In this document: positions 8,358 to 17,336 of the stretch, one piece after another
Numbering within the stretch: position 1 is the first letter of the stretch
How the letters are laid out: each line of letters opens with the position of its first letter
Assembly (NCBI GenBank): GCA_963677435.1
Contig: OY781945.1
Location: 252,879 to 316,878 of the forward strand
Origin: an uncultured Aliarcobacter sp.
GTDB taxonomy: Bacteria; Campylobacterota; Campylobacteria; Campylobacterales; Arcobacteraceae
Direction of reading: 5' to 3'
DNA length: 64,000 nt
Made by a program: the position numbers and the translations under genes
Notes under the pieces: model-generated
What the model was told of the DNA's origin: nothing
Seen by the model: only the letters and a program-made list of their open reading frames with translations
The model's database searches: none

Positions 8358-9596
8358 TTAATTCATATCTAATTCTATCATTTTCCCGTTTACAATTTCC
8401 GCAAATTCTCTACCAAATTCGAAACAATCTTCTAATTCTTTTTTTGTAGGTATTAATTTTATCTTCATAGGTTCAATCGGTGGAACTCTAAAATGTAAAG
8501 ATTTCATTCTATCAAGAATCATATTAACAGCTTCTCCACTCCAACCATAAGAGCCAAAGGCCATTCCTGTTTTTCCTCTTTTTTCCAAGTACATCATACA
8601 AGAGAGCAAATCCCAAACTGGTTTTGGAGCATCTGCATTTATTGTTGGTGTTCCTATTAATATTCCATCGCTTTCTTCTAGAATATCAATCATGTTTTGT
8701 TCTTCAATTGAAGCTAAATCATATAAACTAGCTCTTATTGTTTTTATACTTTCTGCACCATCAAAAATAGCATCTGCCATATCTCTTGTATTTTTATAAC
8801 TTGTTAGATAAAAAATAGAGATAATTTTGTTGTTCTCTTTAATATTTTCAGGTCTAGCTAAACTCCATTTTCTATAAAGTTCAATATATTTATATGGTTT
8901 TTCCCTAATAATTGGACCATGTAAAGTAGCTATCATCTTTATATCTAGTTTATCATATAACTTTAGCGCACTTAAAACATAAGATTTAAAAGGTCTCATT
9001 ATATGGTCATAGTAATACTTAAATGAGTAAGAAAAATCTCCAACTAAATCATCAAAAAGTCTTTTATCATAATAGTGACTTCCAAAAACATCTCCACTAA
9101 ATAAAAGAGAATCTTCAACAACATAAGAGCTCATTGTCTCTGGCCAATGTAAATATGGAGTTGTTAAAAATCTAATTGTTTTATCACCCAAAGTTAAACT
9201 TTTATTTGTCCAAACTGTTTCAAAATCAATGTTTTCATTGTTTGTAATTGCTTTTAACATTGGTGTTGCTTGGGGTGAGATTAAAACTTTTGCATTTGGA
9301 ACTCTTTTGATTAACTCAGGAATTGCTCCTGCATGATCTGGTTCTAAATGGTGACAAAGTACATACTTTATTTCATCATAAGAACAAAGTTGTTCTATTT
9401 TTGAAAAAAATTCTTTTTCAAAACCCAACTTTACAGTATCAACAATAATAACACCTTCCGTTGTTTTTATTAAGTAGGCATTATATGAAGAACCATTTGC
9501 TGTTTTCATGATAATATCAAAAGTTCTAATATCAGGGTCAAAAGCACCTATAAAAAATATATTATTTGCTATTTCTATTGGTTTTTTATGATTCAT
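8358..9596 (-). CDS. fprA: A-type flavoprotein (flavodiiron protein, FprA family; O2/NO reductase)
   Basis: GSSYNAYLI, HHLEPDHAG, HWPETM, FSGDVFG, HGP di-iron ligands; C-terminal flavodoxin domain with FGSYGWSGEA. Confidence 0.92.
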   Translation of the reverse strand: MNHKKPIEIANNIFFIGAFDPDIRTFDIIMKTANGSSYNAYLIKTTEGVIIVDTVKLGFEKEFFSKIEQLCSYDEIKYVLCHHLEPDHAGAIPELIKRVPNAKVLISPQATPMLKAITNNENIDFETVWTNKSLTLGDKTIRFLTTPYLHWPETMSSYVVEDSLLFSGDVFGSHYYDKRLFDDLVGDFSYSFKYYYDHIMRPFKSYVLSALKLYDKLDIKMIATLHGPIIREKPYKYIELYRKWSLARPENIKENNKIISIFYLTSYKNTRDMADAIFDGAESIKTIRASLYDLASIEEQNMIDILEESDGILIGTPTINADAPKPVWDLLSCMMYLEKRGKTGMAFGSYGWSGEAVNMILDRMKSLHFRVPPIEPMKIKLIPTKKELEDCFEFGREFAEIVNGKMIELDMN

Positions 9597-9951
9597 TTTC
9601 TAATAACCTTCTCATCCATATTGGAGGATTAGATCTCATTTTTATAAGTAAATTAAGAATATCTTCAATCTTTTCATTTTCTTTAGCTGATTGCATAGGG
9701 AAAATTTTACAAGCTTGAACCATTCTTGAAGCCTTTGGGCCAATTTGTTGTACATATAAAATGTCACTATCTTCCAAACATTCTATTTTGTAAGTTAACT
9801 TCTCAATTTCATCTGAAATTTCAATTGAAGAATCAATACTTTTTACAAAATTGTAAGAATCTTCTATGATTTCGTAGACATAAAACTCTTTGCACCAACC
9901 AAAATGTTGGTTAACATGAATATTATCCGTTGATGCAAATGCGATTTTCAT
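9586..9951 (-). CDS. NifX/NifB/NifY-family FeMo-co-binding protein
   Basis: MKIAFAS.D...VNQHFG.CKEF.VYEI; IGPKA motif. Confidence 0.85.
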   Translation of the reverse strand: MKIAFASTDNIHVNQHFGWCKEFYVYEIIEDSYNFVKSIDSSIEISDEIEKLTYKIECLEDSDILYVQQIGPKASRMVQACKIFPMQSAKENEKIEDILNLLIKMRSNPPIWMRRLLENES

Positions 9952-10916
9952 AATACATAAATCCTTACTCTTTTATCTATTACTTGCTCAATTGTACTTT
10001 TAATCATTTCATAAGTTCCAGTTGAAGCAATAGAACAACCAACACAAGCCCCTTGATATGCAAGTCTTAACTCAATTTCTGGCTCATTTAAATAATCAAT
10101 TAAAATTAGGTTTCCACCATCTTTTTTCAAAATTGGTCTAATAAATCTCTCAAGAGCATCATTTATAATTTCAAGTTGATCTTCTAACTTTTTTGTTCTA
10201 AAGTTTTGATTTAATTCCCCATCTTCTAAAGGTTTATCAACACCTGTTAACTGCACGGTTGCCATTACATGACCAGCCTTTGCAGCTTTTAACATACAGT
10301 CGAAACCTTCTTTTATTCCACTTAAATTTGTTCTATCTTTTAGTTGAATTAATGCAAGTCTAAATGCAGCTTGAATATGATCTTTTGCAACTGAGCGTCT
10401 GAAATAATCAACAGCTTTTTGAATATCTTCTTCAACACCAATTTTTGTTTGGTACATTAATGCTAAATTAAAATTAGCAGAATCATTATCATAAGTACTT
10501 GCTTGTTCAAACCACTCTTTTGCTTTTGTATAATCTTTTTCAACACCTTCACCTTTTAAATACATCAAACCTAAGTTTGTCATTGCTTGGTCATTTTTTA
10601 ATTTGGCTTCTTCAACCCAAATATCATGTGCTGTTTTAAAATCTTTGTTTTTATATGCATCAAGTGCCGCTCTATGTTCCATAAATCTTGTTCCTTCATT
10701 TGGGTTTGGAATTGGATTATTCAATTCTAATTGTTTTTGTAAATGCTTTTTCAAATACTCTTTTGCTAATAAAACAGCTTCATCATAATCTTCACTAGAA
10801 GCTTTTATATCAAAATCAATATATTCAACTAAATATGCATCACCAATCTCATTTTCTCCACTATAAACTTCAAGGGGATAATTTAATGATAAATAATAAT
10901 CCAAATCTTTTTTCAT
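9948..10916 (-). CDS. Fusion: HicB-like N-terminal domain + Sel1 repeats + NifU-C/NfuA domain
   Basis: N-term KDLDYYLSLNYPLEV...IPNP; Sel1 units AMTNLGLMYLKGEGVEKDYTKAKEWFEQA and ANFNLALMY..KIGVEEDIQKAVDYFRRS; C-term IRPILKKDGGN...GACVGC (CxxC). Confidence 0.8.
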   Translation of the reverse strand: MKKDLDYYLSLNYPLEVYSGENEIGDAYLVEYIDFDIKASSEDYDEAVLLAKEYLKKHLQKQLELNNPIPNPNEGTRFMEHRAALDAYKNKDFKTAHDIWVEEAKLKNDQAMTNLGLMYLKGEGVEKDYTKAKEWFEQASTYDNDSANFNLALMYQTKIGVEEDIQKAVDYFRRSVAKDHIQAAFRLALIQLKDRTNLSGIKEGFDCMLKAAKAGHVMATVQLTGVDKPLEDGELNQNFRTKKLEDQLEIINDALERFIRPILKKDGGNLILIDYLNEPEIELRLAYQGACVGCSIASTGTYEMIKSTIEQVIDKRVRIYVL

Positions 10917-10934
10917 CTATTAAAACCTACTTTT

Positions 10935-11315
10935 TTATTTTGCTTTGCAAGTACAAGCACTATTTCCTGAGTCTAAAAGTGTTGAACTATTCTCTTTTGT
11001 AACTTCAATACAATCACCAGTTGATAACTGCATATAAATCTCATCTATACTTAAATGAGTTTGTAAGCAGCTATAAACTTTCAAACCTTTTTCAATTAAA
11101 TATTCATAAACCTTATCACCCATATAATAAAAAATTGTGCTGTCGATATTTTGAGAAGAGACAAATTTTGCAGTATTAATCCCATCTCCACAGGCAGGAT
11201 TTTCTACAACTTTAAAACTTCCCGTTTCTTCATCTAAAAAGGCAAAAAAGGCGCTGTTTCCATAAAGTTTAGAAATCTGCGTTGAGTCTTCATTATCCAA
11301 TGGTATTGCTATCAT
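10935..11315 (-). CDS. NifB/NifX-family Mo-Fe cluster-binding protein
   Basis: IAIPL...ISKLYGNSAFFAFLD...VENP..G.G...MG.K pattern of the family; first gene of a sigma54 operon. Confidence 0.75.
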   Translation of the reverse strand: MIAIPLDNEDSTQISKLYGNSAFFAFLDEETGSFKVVENPACGDGINTAKFVSSQNIDSTIFYYMGDKVYEYLIEKGLKVYSCLQTHLSIDEIYMQLSTGDCIEVTKENSSTLLDSGNSACTCKAK

Positions 11316-11345
11316 TTTAACTCCTTTTATTTATATTTTTATGTA

Positions 11346-11361
11346 TGCAAATAGTATTCCT
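11346..11361 (-). promoter_or_regulatory. sigma54 promoter of the nifX-like/Sel1-NfuA/nifX-like/fprA operon
   Basis: Minus strand AGGAATACTATTTGCA, GG-N10-GC. Confidence 0.82.
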
Positions 11362-11369
11362 TAGTAGTG

Positions 11370-11385
11370 AGGAATACAAGTTGCA
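11370..11385 (+). promoter_or_regulatory. sigma54 promoter of nifE
   Basis: AGGAATACAAGTTGCA, GG-N10-GC. Confidence 0.82.
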
Positions 11386-11424
11386 TGACATTAATTAATA
11401 AAATCCAATTATAAAGAGTCTATT

Positions 11425-12771
11425 ATGGTAAATAAAAAATTAATTCGAGAACTCTTGAGCGAAAGCGATTGCTCACATAATAAAACAAAAAAATCTTCAT
11501 GTGATAAACCAAAACCAGGAGCAACAAGTGGTGGTTGTGCATTTGAGGGAGCACAAATTTCACTTTTTCCATTTGCAGATGTTATTCATTTAGTTCATTC
11601 ACCTGCAACTTGTATAGGAGCATCTTGGGAAACTAGACAAACTCTTACTTCCCATAAAGGTGAAAATAATACAGTTATGGGTTACACAACTGATGTTAAT
11701 ACAAATGACATCATTTTTGGTGGAGATAAAAAACTTGAAGTTTCAATTGATTATATAGTTGAACATAAGAATCCAAAAGGAATTTTTGTATATGAAACTT
11801 GTGTAACTGCCATGATTGGTGATGACATGGACAATGTTTGTGGGAGAATGGAGAAGAAACACGGTATTCCAATTGTTGTTATTCACTCTCCTGGTTTCGT
11901 TGGTGGTAAAAATCTAGGCTCAAGACTTGGTGGAGAATCAGTTCTGCATCAACTAATAGGAACAAAAGAACCTGAAGTTATACACCCTTTTGGAATAAAT
12001 CTAATTGGTGAATATAATGTTACAGGTGATATGTGGCAATACACACCACTTTTAGAAAAAATTGGAATAAAAGTAATCTCAACACTAGCAGGTGATGGAA
12101 GAATTGAAAATATTCAAATGGCTCACACTGCAAAATTAAATGTAATTGTTTGTGCAAAATCATTAATTAGTTTAACTAGAAAAATGCAAGAGAAATATCA
12201 AATTCCTTATATTTCTATCTCATTTTATGGGAAACGTGACACATCAAATGCAATAAGAAGTATTGTAAACGCCTTTGGTGATGAAGCACTAACAGCTCGA
12301 GCTGAAGCACTAATCGCAGAAGAAGAAGCAAAACTTGAAGAGATATTAATTCCTTATAGAAAAATATTAGAGGGTAAAAAAGCTATTTTAAATACAGGTG
12401 GAAATAAAACTTGGTCAATAGCTTCTGCTTTACAAGATATAGGAGTTGATGTTGTTGCAACTAGCGTTCAAAAAGCTACTTTAGAAGATAAAGAGATTTG
12501 TGCACAATATGTAAAAATCTTAATAACAAATCCAGGAGTTGAACAAGCTCAACTAATAGATGAACATAAAATTGATATTTTACTTGCAGGTGGAAGAAGT
12601 TTATATACAGCTATTAAGAAAAAAGTAGCCTTTGTAGATGTAAACCAAGAGAAAAAAGTATCTTATGGAGCATATTCAGGACTTGTAAATCTTGCAATTG
12701 ATGTTTGTAATGCTGTAAATAATAAAGTATTTAAAGTAGTTGGTGCACCGGAACCTTGGAGTGTTGATTAA
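11425..12771 (+). CDS. nifE: Nitrogenase FeMo-cofactor scaffold subunit NifE
   Basis: GGCAFEGA, HSPATC, YETCVTAMIGDD, GSRLGG, LNVIVCAKS, C-terminal PW. Confidence 0.95.
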   Translation: MVNKKLIRELLSESDCSHNKTKKSSCDKPKPGATSGGCAFEGAQISLFPFADVIHLVHSPATCIGASWETRQTLTSHKGENNTVMGYTTDVNTNDIIFGGDKKLEVSIDYIVEHKNPKGIFVYETCVTAMIGDDMDNVCGRMEKKHGIPIVVIHSPGFVGGKNLGSRLGGESVLHQLIGTKEPEVIHPFGINLIGEYNVTGDMWQYTPLLEKIGIKVISTLAGDGRIENIQMAHTAKLNVIVCAKSLISLTRKMQEKYQIPYISISFYGKRDTSNAIRSIVNAFGDEALTARAEALIAEEEAKLEEILIPYRKILEGKKAILNTGGNKTWSIASALQDIGVDVVATSVQKATLEDKEICAQYVKILITNPGVEQAQLIDEHKIDILLAGGRSLYTAIKKKVAFVDVNQEKKVSYGAYSGLVNLAIDVCNAVNNKVFKVVGAPEPWSVD

Positions 12772-12783
12772 TCAACACTCCAA
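12756..12783. repeat. Perfect 28-bp palindrome centred on the nifE stop codon
   Basis: TTGGAGTGTTGATTAATCAACACTCCAA equals its own reverse complement. Confidence 0.95.
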
Positions 12784-12786
12784 AAA

Positions 12787-13935
12787 TTATGCAGCATTAT
12801 TTAGAATCTCTGATAATACTTCTTTTGTATAAATAGAGTCTAATCCAAAATGTTTTGCATTTTCATAAGCATTATCTACAATTAGAGGAATATCTTCTTT
12901 TTTTATCGAGAATTGTGATAATTTAGTTGGTGTACCAATTTTATTAAACCAATTCTCTAAAGCTTCAATTCCCTCTTGAGCAGAATAAACACCAAAAATC
13001 TCATTTGCAAATCGTTCAAATTGAGTTGGATTCTTTTTGTAATACCATTTCATCCAAGCTGGCATTATTACAGATAAACCTGCACCATGGGGAACATTAA
13101 AAAGTGCAGATAAAGTGTGCTCAATCATATGATTTGGATATGAATATCCTGCAACTCCCAAATATGTAGTTCCATTTAAAGCATTTGTAGCAGCCCAAGC
13201 AAACTCTGCTCTTGCATCATAATTTTCACTATCTTTTAATAAAATCTCCGTTGATTCAATAACAGTTGAAATATTTGCTTCAATATATTTTGAAATAATT
13301 GTAGGATGTACAGTTGCAGTAAAATATCCCTCAATAGAGTGAGCAATAATATCAGCTGCTGAATAAACCAAATAATCTTTTGATACTGATTTTTGTAATT
13401 CTGGATTAATTACAGAAACTTTTGGATAAATAAAAGCTGATGTAATTGAGTATTTTTGTTTTGTTTCTTCATTTGTAACAACTGCAAAAGCATTCATTTC
13501 ACTTCCCGTTGCTGCCATTGTTATAATATCAAATACAGGCAGTGCTTTTGTAATCTCTCTTTTTCCTAAAAAGAAATCCCAAACATCTCCTTCATCTAAA
13601 GCTCCAACAGCAATAGCTTTTGAACTATCAAGAACAGAACCTCCACCAACACTTAAAATTCCATCTACTTTATTCTCTTTTGCTTTTTTGATTCCTTCAT
13701 AAACTGTCGAAAGAGTTGGATTACTGACAATTCCACCTAATTCAACAAACTCAATATCAAACTCTTTTAAACTATTTATTACAGAATCATACAATCCATC
13801 TTTTTTAATTCTATCACTTCCAAAAGTAAGTAATACTTTTTTAACTCCATATGAACTTATATATTTTCCTATATTTTTCTCTTTATCTTTTCCAAATTCT
13901 ATTTGTGTTGGATTTTTATATGTAAATTTTTCCAT
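12787..13935 (-). CDS. Iron-containing alcohol dehydrogenase (YqhD/BdhA-like, NADPH-dependent)
   Basis: NPTQIEFGK, GGGSVLDSSK, TMAATGSE, HSIEGY, HMIEHTLSA, HGAGL metal ligands. Confidence 0.92.
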   Translation of the reverse strand: MEKFTYKNPTQIEFGKDKEKNIGKYISSYGVKKVLLTFGSDRIKKDGLYDSVINSLKEFDIEFVELGGIVSNPTLSTVYEGIKKAKENKVDGILSVGGGSVLDSSKAIAVGALDEGDVWDFFLGKREITKALPVFDIITMAATGSEMNAFAVVTNEETKQKYSITSAFIYPKVSVINPELQKSVSKDYLVYSAADIIAHSIEGYFTATVHPTIISKYIEANISTVIESTEILLKDSENYDARAEFAWAATNALNGTTYLGVAGYSYPNHMIEHTLSALFNVPHGAGLSVIMPAWMKWYYKKNPTQFERFANEIFGVYSAQEGIEALENWFNKIGTPTKLSQFSIKKEDIPLIVDNAYENAKHFGLDSIYTKEVLSEILNNAA

Positions 13936-13951
13936 TTATAATCTCCTAGTT

Positions 13952-14032
13952 TTTCTACAAATTATAAATGAATTTAAAAAAAGCCAATAGAAAAATAATC
14001 CCTTATTCTTGCCTATTTCTACAAATTATAAA
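13952..14032. repeat. 17-bp exact direct repeat TTTCTACAAATTATAAA (13952-13968 and 14016-14032) in the adh promoter region
   Basis: Direct reading; a related 19-mer occurs inverted at 14967-14985 upstream of the AraC gene. Confidence 0.85.
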
Positions 14033-14035
14033 AAA

Positions 14036-14938
14036 TCAGGCAATATCTTTATTTTTTATTGAATTTGTATGAGCAATTGGTGACATTCCAAACATCCTTG
14101 TGTATTCTCTACTAAATTGAGAAGGGCTTTCATAGCCAATTGCAAAAGCCACTTGAGTAGCTTCGATATTTTGAGATATTAACATCTGTTTAGCTTCTTC
14201 AAGTCTAATCTTTTTTTGAAATTGTAAAGGACTCATAGAAGTGATTTTTTTGAAGTTATGATATAAAGATGACTCACTAATTCCTACAGTTTTAGCTAAA
14301 TCCTTCATATTTATATTTTCTGAAAAGTTGTTTTTTATCTCTGTTATTGCTTTTACTATCTGATTGGTTAAAGTTCCTTCTAAAACATGTTGTTTTAAGA
14401 AGTCTCCATTTCTTTCTAATAGTGTATAAATTATCTCTTTCATAATCAATGAAGATAAAAATTTAATATCATTTGTTGGTTTATCCAAAAGTTTAATTAA
14501 TCTTGATAAAGGTTCAAGTAAACTATCATTTAAATCATCAAAACATAAGCCCTTTACTAGACCTTTTTTTTCGCTAATTCCTGTATTATTGATTTCTTTT
14601 AATACTTCATAAATTTGTTCAAGGGAAAATCTTAGCATAACAGCAACATAAGGAACTTCTTTTGAAGCTCTTTGTATTTTAACATTTGCGGGGATATGTG
14701 TACAAGCTAAAAGATATTTTGTTTCTGAATAACTAAACATCTCATTTGCAAAACCAACTGCCTTTTCACCTTGTAACACTATACATAAAGATGGTTCATA
14801 AATAACACTTGTAAATTCAGATAAAGAAGTAGTTGTATAAAACTTAAGTGATGGGATTTGTGTAGAAATAATCCCATCATCTTTATATTTGTCTTTTATA
14901 TAATTTATTAATTCTTTTTGATAATTTGATTGATTCAT
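14036..14938 (-). CDS. AraC-family transcriptional regulator (YqhC-like)
   Basis: YEPSLCIVLQGEK N-terminal domain; SPLQFQKKIRLEEA...GYESPSQFSREY..MFG.SP HTH domain. Confidence 0.93.
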   Translation of the reverse strand: MNQSNYQKELINYIKDKYKDDGIISTQIPSLKFYTTTSLSEFTSVIYEPSLCIVLQGEKAVGFANEMFSYSETKYLLACTHIPANVKIQRASKEVPYVAVMLRFSLEQIYEVLKEINNTGISEKKGLVKGLCFDDLNDSLLEPLSRLIKLLDKPTNDIKFLSSLIMKEIIYTLLERNGDFLKQHVLEGTLTNQIVKAITEIKNNFSENINMKDLAKTVGISESSLYHNFKKITSMSPLQFQKKIRLEEAKQMLISQNIEATQVAFAIGYESPSQFSREYTRMFGMSPIAHTNSIKNKDIA

Positions 14939-15013
14939 ATTAACTCCTAAAATCTAATTATTACAGAATTTGTAGAATTAGGCAATAGATATAAATAAAT
15001 TAATAGAAAATAG

Positions 15014-15442
15014 TTATCCTACTTTTTCTAATAAAGCTTTCATTAAATCAGCACTATTTTGTAAATCATAACCTCTTTCTTTCAACCAATCATTTATTAC
15101 ATCTTTTTTATATGCCAACTCTTTTTCTTTATAAGATGCATATTCTGCTTCTTCGTCCCAATTACCATTTTTATCTAAAAATTGATCTTGATATTCCATA
15201 TTAACTGTAAGTTTAGTTGGTATTGCATATGTCTTATCATCTACTTGCTCAAATCTAACTCCATCTATTTCTCGAGTTCGTACTGGATTGTATGGTTCAT
15301 TATTTACCATTTGCATGGTTCCTTCAAAATCACCATATTCAGAATCTTTTAGATTATCTAAATTAAGATGCTCTTTATTATTGTTAATTGTTGAAAAGAA
15401 ACCAATATTAAATTCACTTACTACTTCGTTAATTGAGGCCAT
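15014..15442 (-). CDS. Hypothetical acidic protein
   Basis: GGGAG RBS; 142-aa ORF; no motif recognised. Confidence 0.7.
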   Translation of the reverse strand: MASINEVVSEFNIGFFSTINNNKEHLNLDNLKDSEYGDFEGTMQMVNNEPYNPVRTREIDGVRFEQVDDKTYAIPTKLTVNMEYQDQFLDKNGNWDEEAEYASYKEKELAYKKDVINDWLKERGYDLQNSADLMKALLEKVG

Positions 15443-15626
15443 AAGAACTCCCTAATTATAATATTATTTAATTATAAATAATAACTTGCTACCCTTAAGA
15501 TAAAATAAATTTATCTATACTTTTCTCACTTTTAACTTATTAATTATTTAGATATAATAATTTATGGATTTATTTATTTATTTGAAGAATAGGAATGTAG
15601 AATTAAATAATTAAAGGATAAATACA

Positions 15627-16010
15627 ATGGAGCAAGAAATAACTTTAAATAGAAACACTATGATTGTTTCAGAAACTGATGAAAAAGGTATCATTGTCTA
15701 TGCAAATGCAGATTTCTGCTCTATTGCAGGATATACAAAAGATGAACTAATTGGACAACCTCACAATATGGTTAGACATCCTGATATGCCAAAAGCTGCA
15801 TTTGAAGATTTATGGAAAACAATTCAATCTGGTAATGTTTGGAAGGGAATAGTTAAAAACAGGACAAAAAATGGTGATTTTTATTGGGTAAATGCAACTG
15901 CATATCCATCAAAAACCCATGATGGTAAAATAAGATATATTTCAGTAAGAGTTAGTCCAACTCAAGATGAAATAAAAAATGCTGAGACTTTATATAAAAC
16001 ATTAAAATAA
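15627..16010 (+). CDS. Stand-alone Aer-type PAS protein (CetB-like)
   Basis: IVSETD.KG.I.YAN.DF..IAGY...[16 protein letters not shown]...[12 protein letters not shown]. Confidence 0.9.
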   Translation: MEQEITLNRNTMIVSETDEKGIIVYANADFCSIAGYTKDELIGQPHNMVRHPDMPKAAFEDLWKTIQSGNVWKGIVKNRTKNGDFYWVNATAYPSKTHDGKIRYISVRVSPTQDEIKNAETLYKTLK

Positions 16011-16020
16011 GGAGTTATCC

Positions 16021-17283
16021 ATGTTTTTCCCAAATAAAGGTAATGAAGCTATCTTAAAAGCTTTAGATGATATTGACTCTTTTATAAATAATCACATTAA
16101 TTCAATGCCTCAAATAGAAGGTTCCTGTTCAGGTTTTAATTTAGAAATCAAAAAAAGACTTGAAAAAATTTCTTCATCTTTACAAATAAAAAATGACGAA
16201 GAACTAAAAGTTTATGGTGAAATCATGTTAATTTCAGAGAAATTATCTGATGGAAATATAAACGATAAAATCTATCATACAAAAACTTCAAATGAAAAGC
16301 TGAATTATATTGCTAAAACTTTTAACAATTTAGTTAATCACCTAAAGTTTATGATTCAATCTATTTTAGATATATTGGGAGAGTATTCAAAACATAATTA
16401 CTTAAAAAAAGTAGAAATTCCAAATCTAAAAGGCGAGTTTAAACTGCTTACAGAGGGAGTTAATACTTTAAGAGAAACAATTACTTTAATGTTAAAAGAG
16501 AATAAAGAAAATGGCCTAACACTCGACAGAACTTCAGATATTTTATTAACAAATGTTGATAAATTAAATCAAAGCTCTACTGAAGCTGCAGCAAGTCTTG
16601 AACAATCAGCTGCTGCTATGGAGCAAATGACAAGTAACATTAAAAGTAATACAGAAAATATCTCTAAAATGGCTAAACTCTCAGATGAACTAATCACAGC
16701 CACAAATACTGGCGAAGATTTAGCAAATCAAACAACAGTAGCAATGGAAGAGATAAATACTCAAGTAAATTCAATTAGTGATGCGATTAGTATTATTGAT
16801 CAAATTGCATTTCAAACAAATATTCTTTCTTTAAATGCAGCAGTTGAAGCAGCAACTGCTGGTGAAGCTGGTCGTGGTTTTGCTGTTGTTGCAGCAGAAG
16901 TGAGAAATCTTGCTTCAAGAAGTGCAGAAGCAGCCAAAGAGATAAAAAATATAGTTGAAACAGCAACTGTAAAAGCAAATAATGGAAAAAATATCGCAAA
17001 TAAAATGATAAGTGGTTATAGAGAATTAAGTGAAAATATTTCCCATACTACAAATATTATTCAAGATATTCAAGTTGCTTCAAAAGAACAATTAGATGGA
17101 ATAGTTCAAATTAATGATGCAATAAACCTTTTGGATAAACAAACACAAGTAAATGCAGGTATTGCTTCTGAGTCTCACGATGTAGCACTAGTTACAGATA
17201 AAATCGCCAAATTAATTGTTGAAAATGCAAATAAAAAGCAGTTTGAAGGAAAAGATAAAATACAAATAAAAGAAGAGTTTTAA
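16021..17283 (+). CDS. Soluble methyl-accepting chemotaxis protein
   Basis: [40 protein letters not shown] signalling hairpin; no TM segment evident. Confidence 0.93.
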   Translation: MFFPNKGNEAILKALDDIDSFINNHINSMPQIEGSCSGFNLEIKKRLEKISSSLQIKNDEELKVYGEIMLISEKLSDGNINDKIYHTKTSNEKLNYIAKTFNNLVNHLKFMIQSILDILGEYSKHNYLKKVEIPNLKGEFKLLTEGVNTLRETITLMLKENKENGLTLDRTSDILLTNVDKLNQSSTEAAASLEQSAAAMEQMTSNIKSNTENISKMAKLSDELITATNTGEDLANQTTVAMEEINTQVNSISDAISIIDQIAFQTNILSLNAAVEAATAGEAGRGFAVVAAEVRNLASRSAEAAKEIKNIVETATVKANNGKNIANKMISGYRELSENISHTTNIIQDIQVASKEQLDGIVQINDAINLLDKQTQVNAGIASESHDVALVTDKIAKLIVENANKKQFEGKDKIQIKEEF

Positions 17284-17286
17284 CTT

Positions 17287-17302
17287 AGGAATAGTTTTTG
17301 CA
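17287..17302 (+). promoter_or_regulatory. sigma54 promoter of the nifN operon
   Basis: AGGAATAGTTTTTGCA, GG-N10-GC, 3 nt after the MCP stop. Confidence 0.82.
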
Positions 17303-17336
17303 TAATCTTCCATAATTATCCATTCAAGGAAATATT

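Noticed and set aside
17181-17196. Perfect TGT-N10-ACA (NifA UAS consensus) ~105 bp upstream of the nifN promoter
   Set aside because: It arises from codons for D-V-A-L-x-T, and the paralogous MCP has the same pattern at 26960-26975 with no promoter downstream. Co-option is not excluded but is unsupported.
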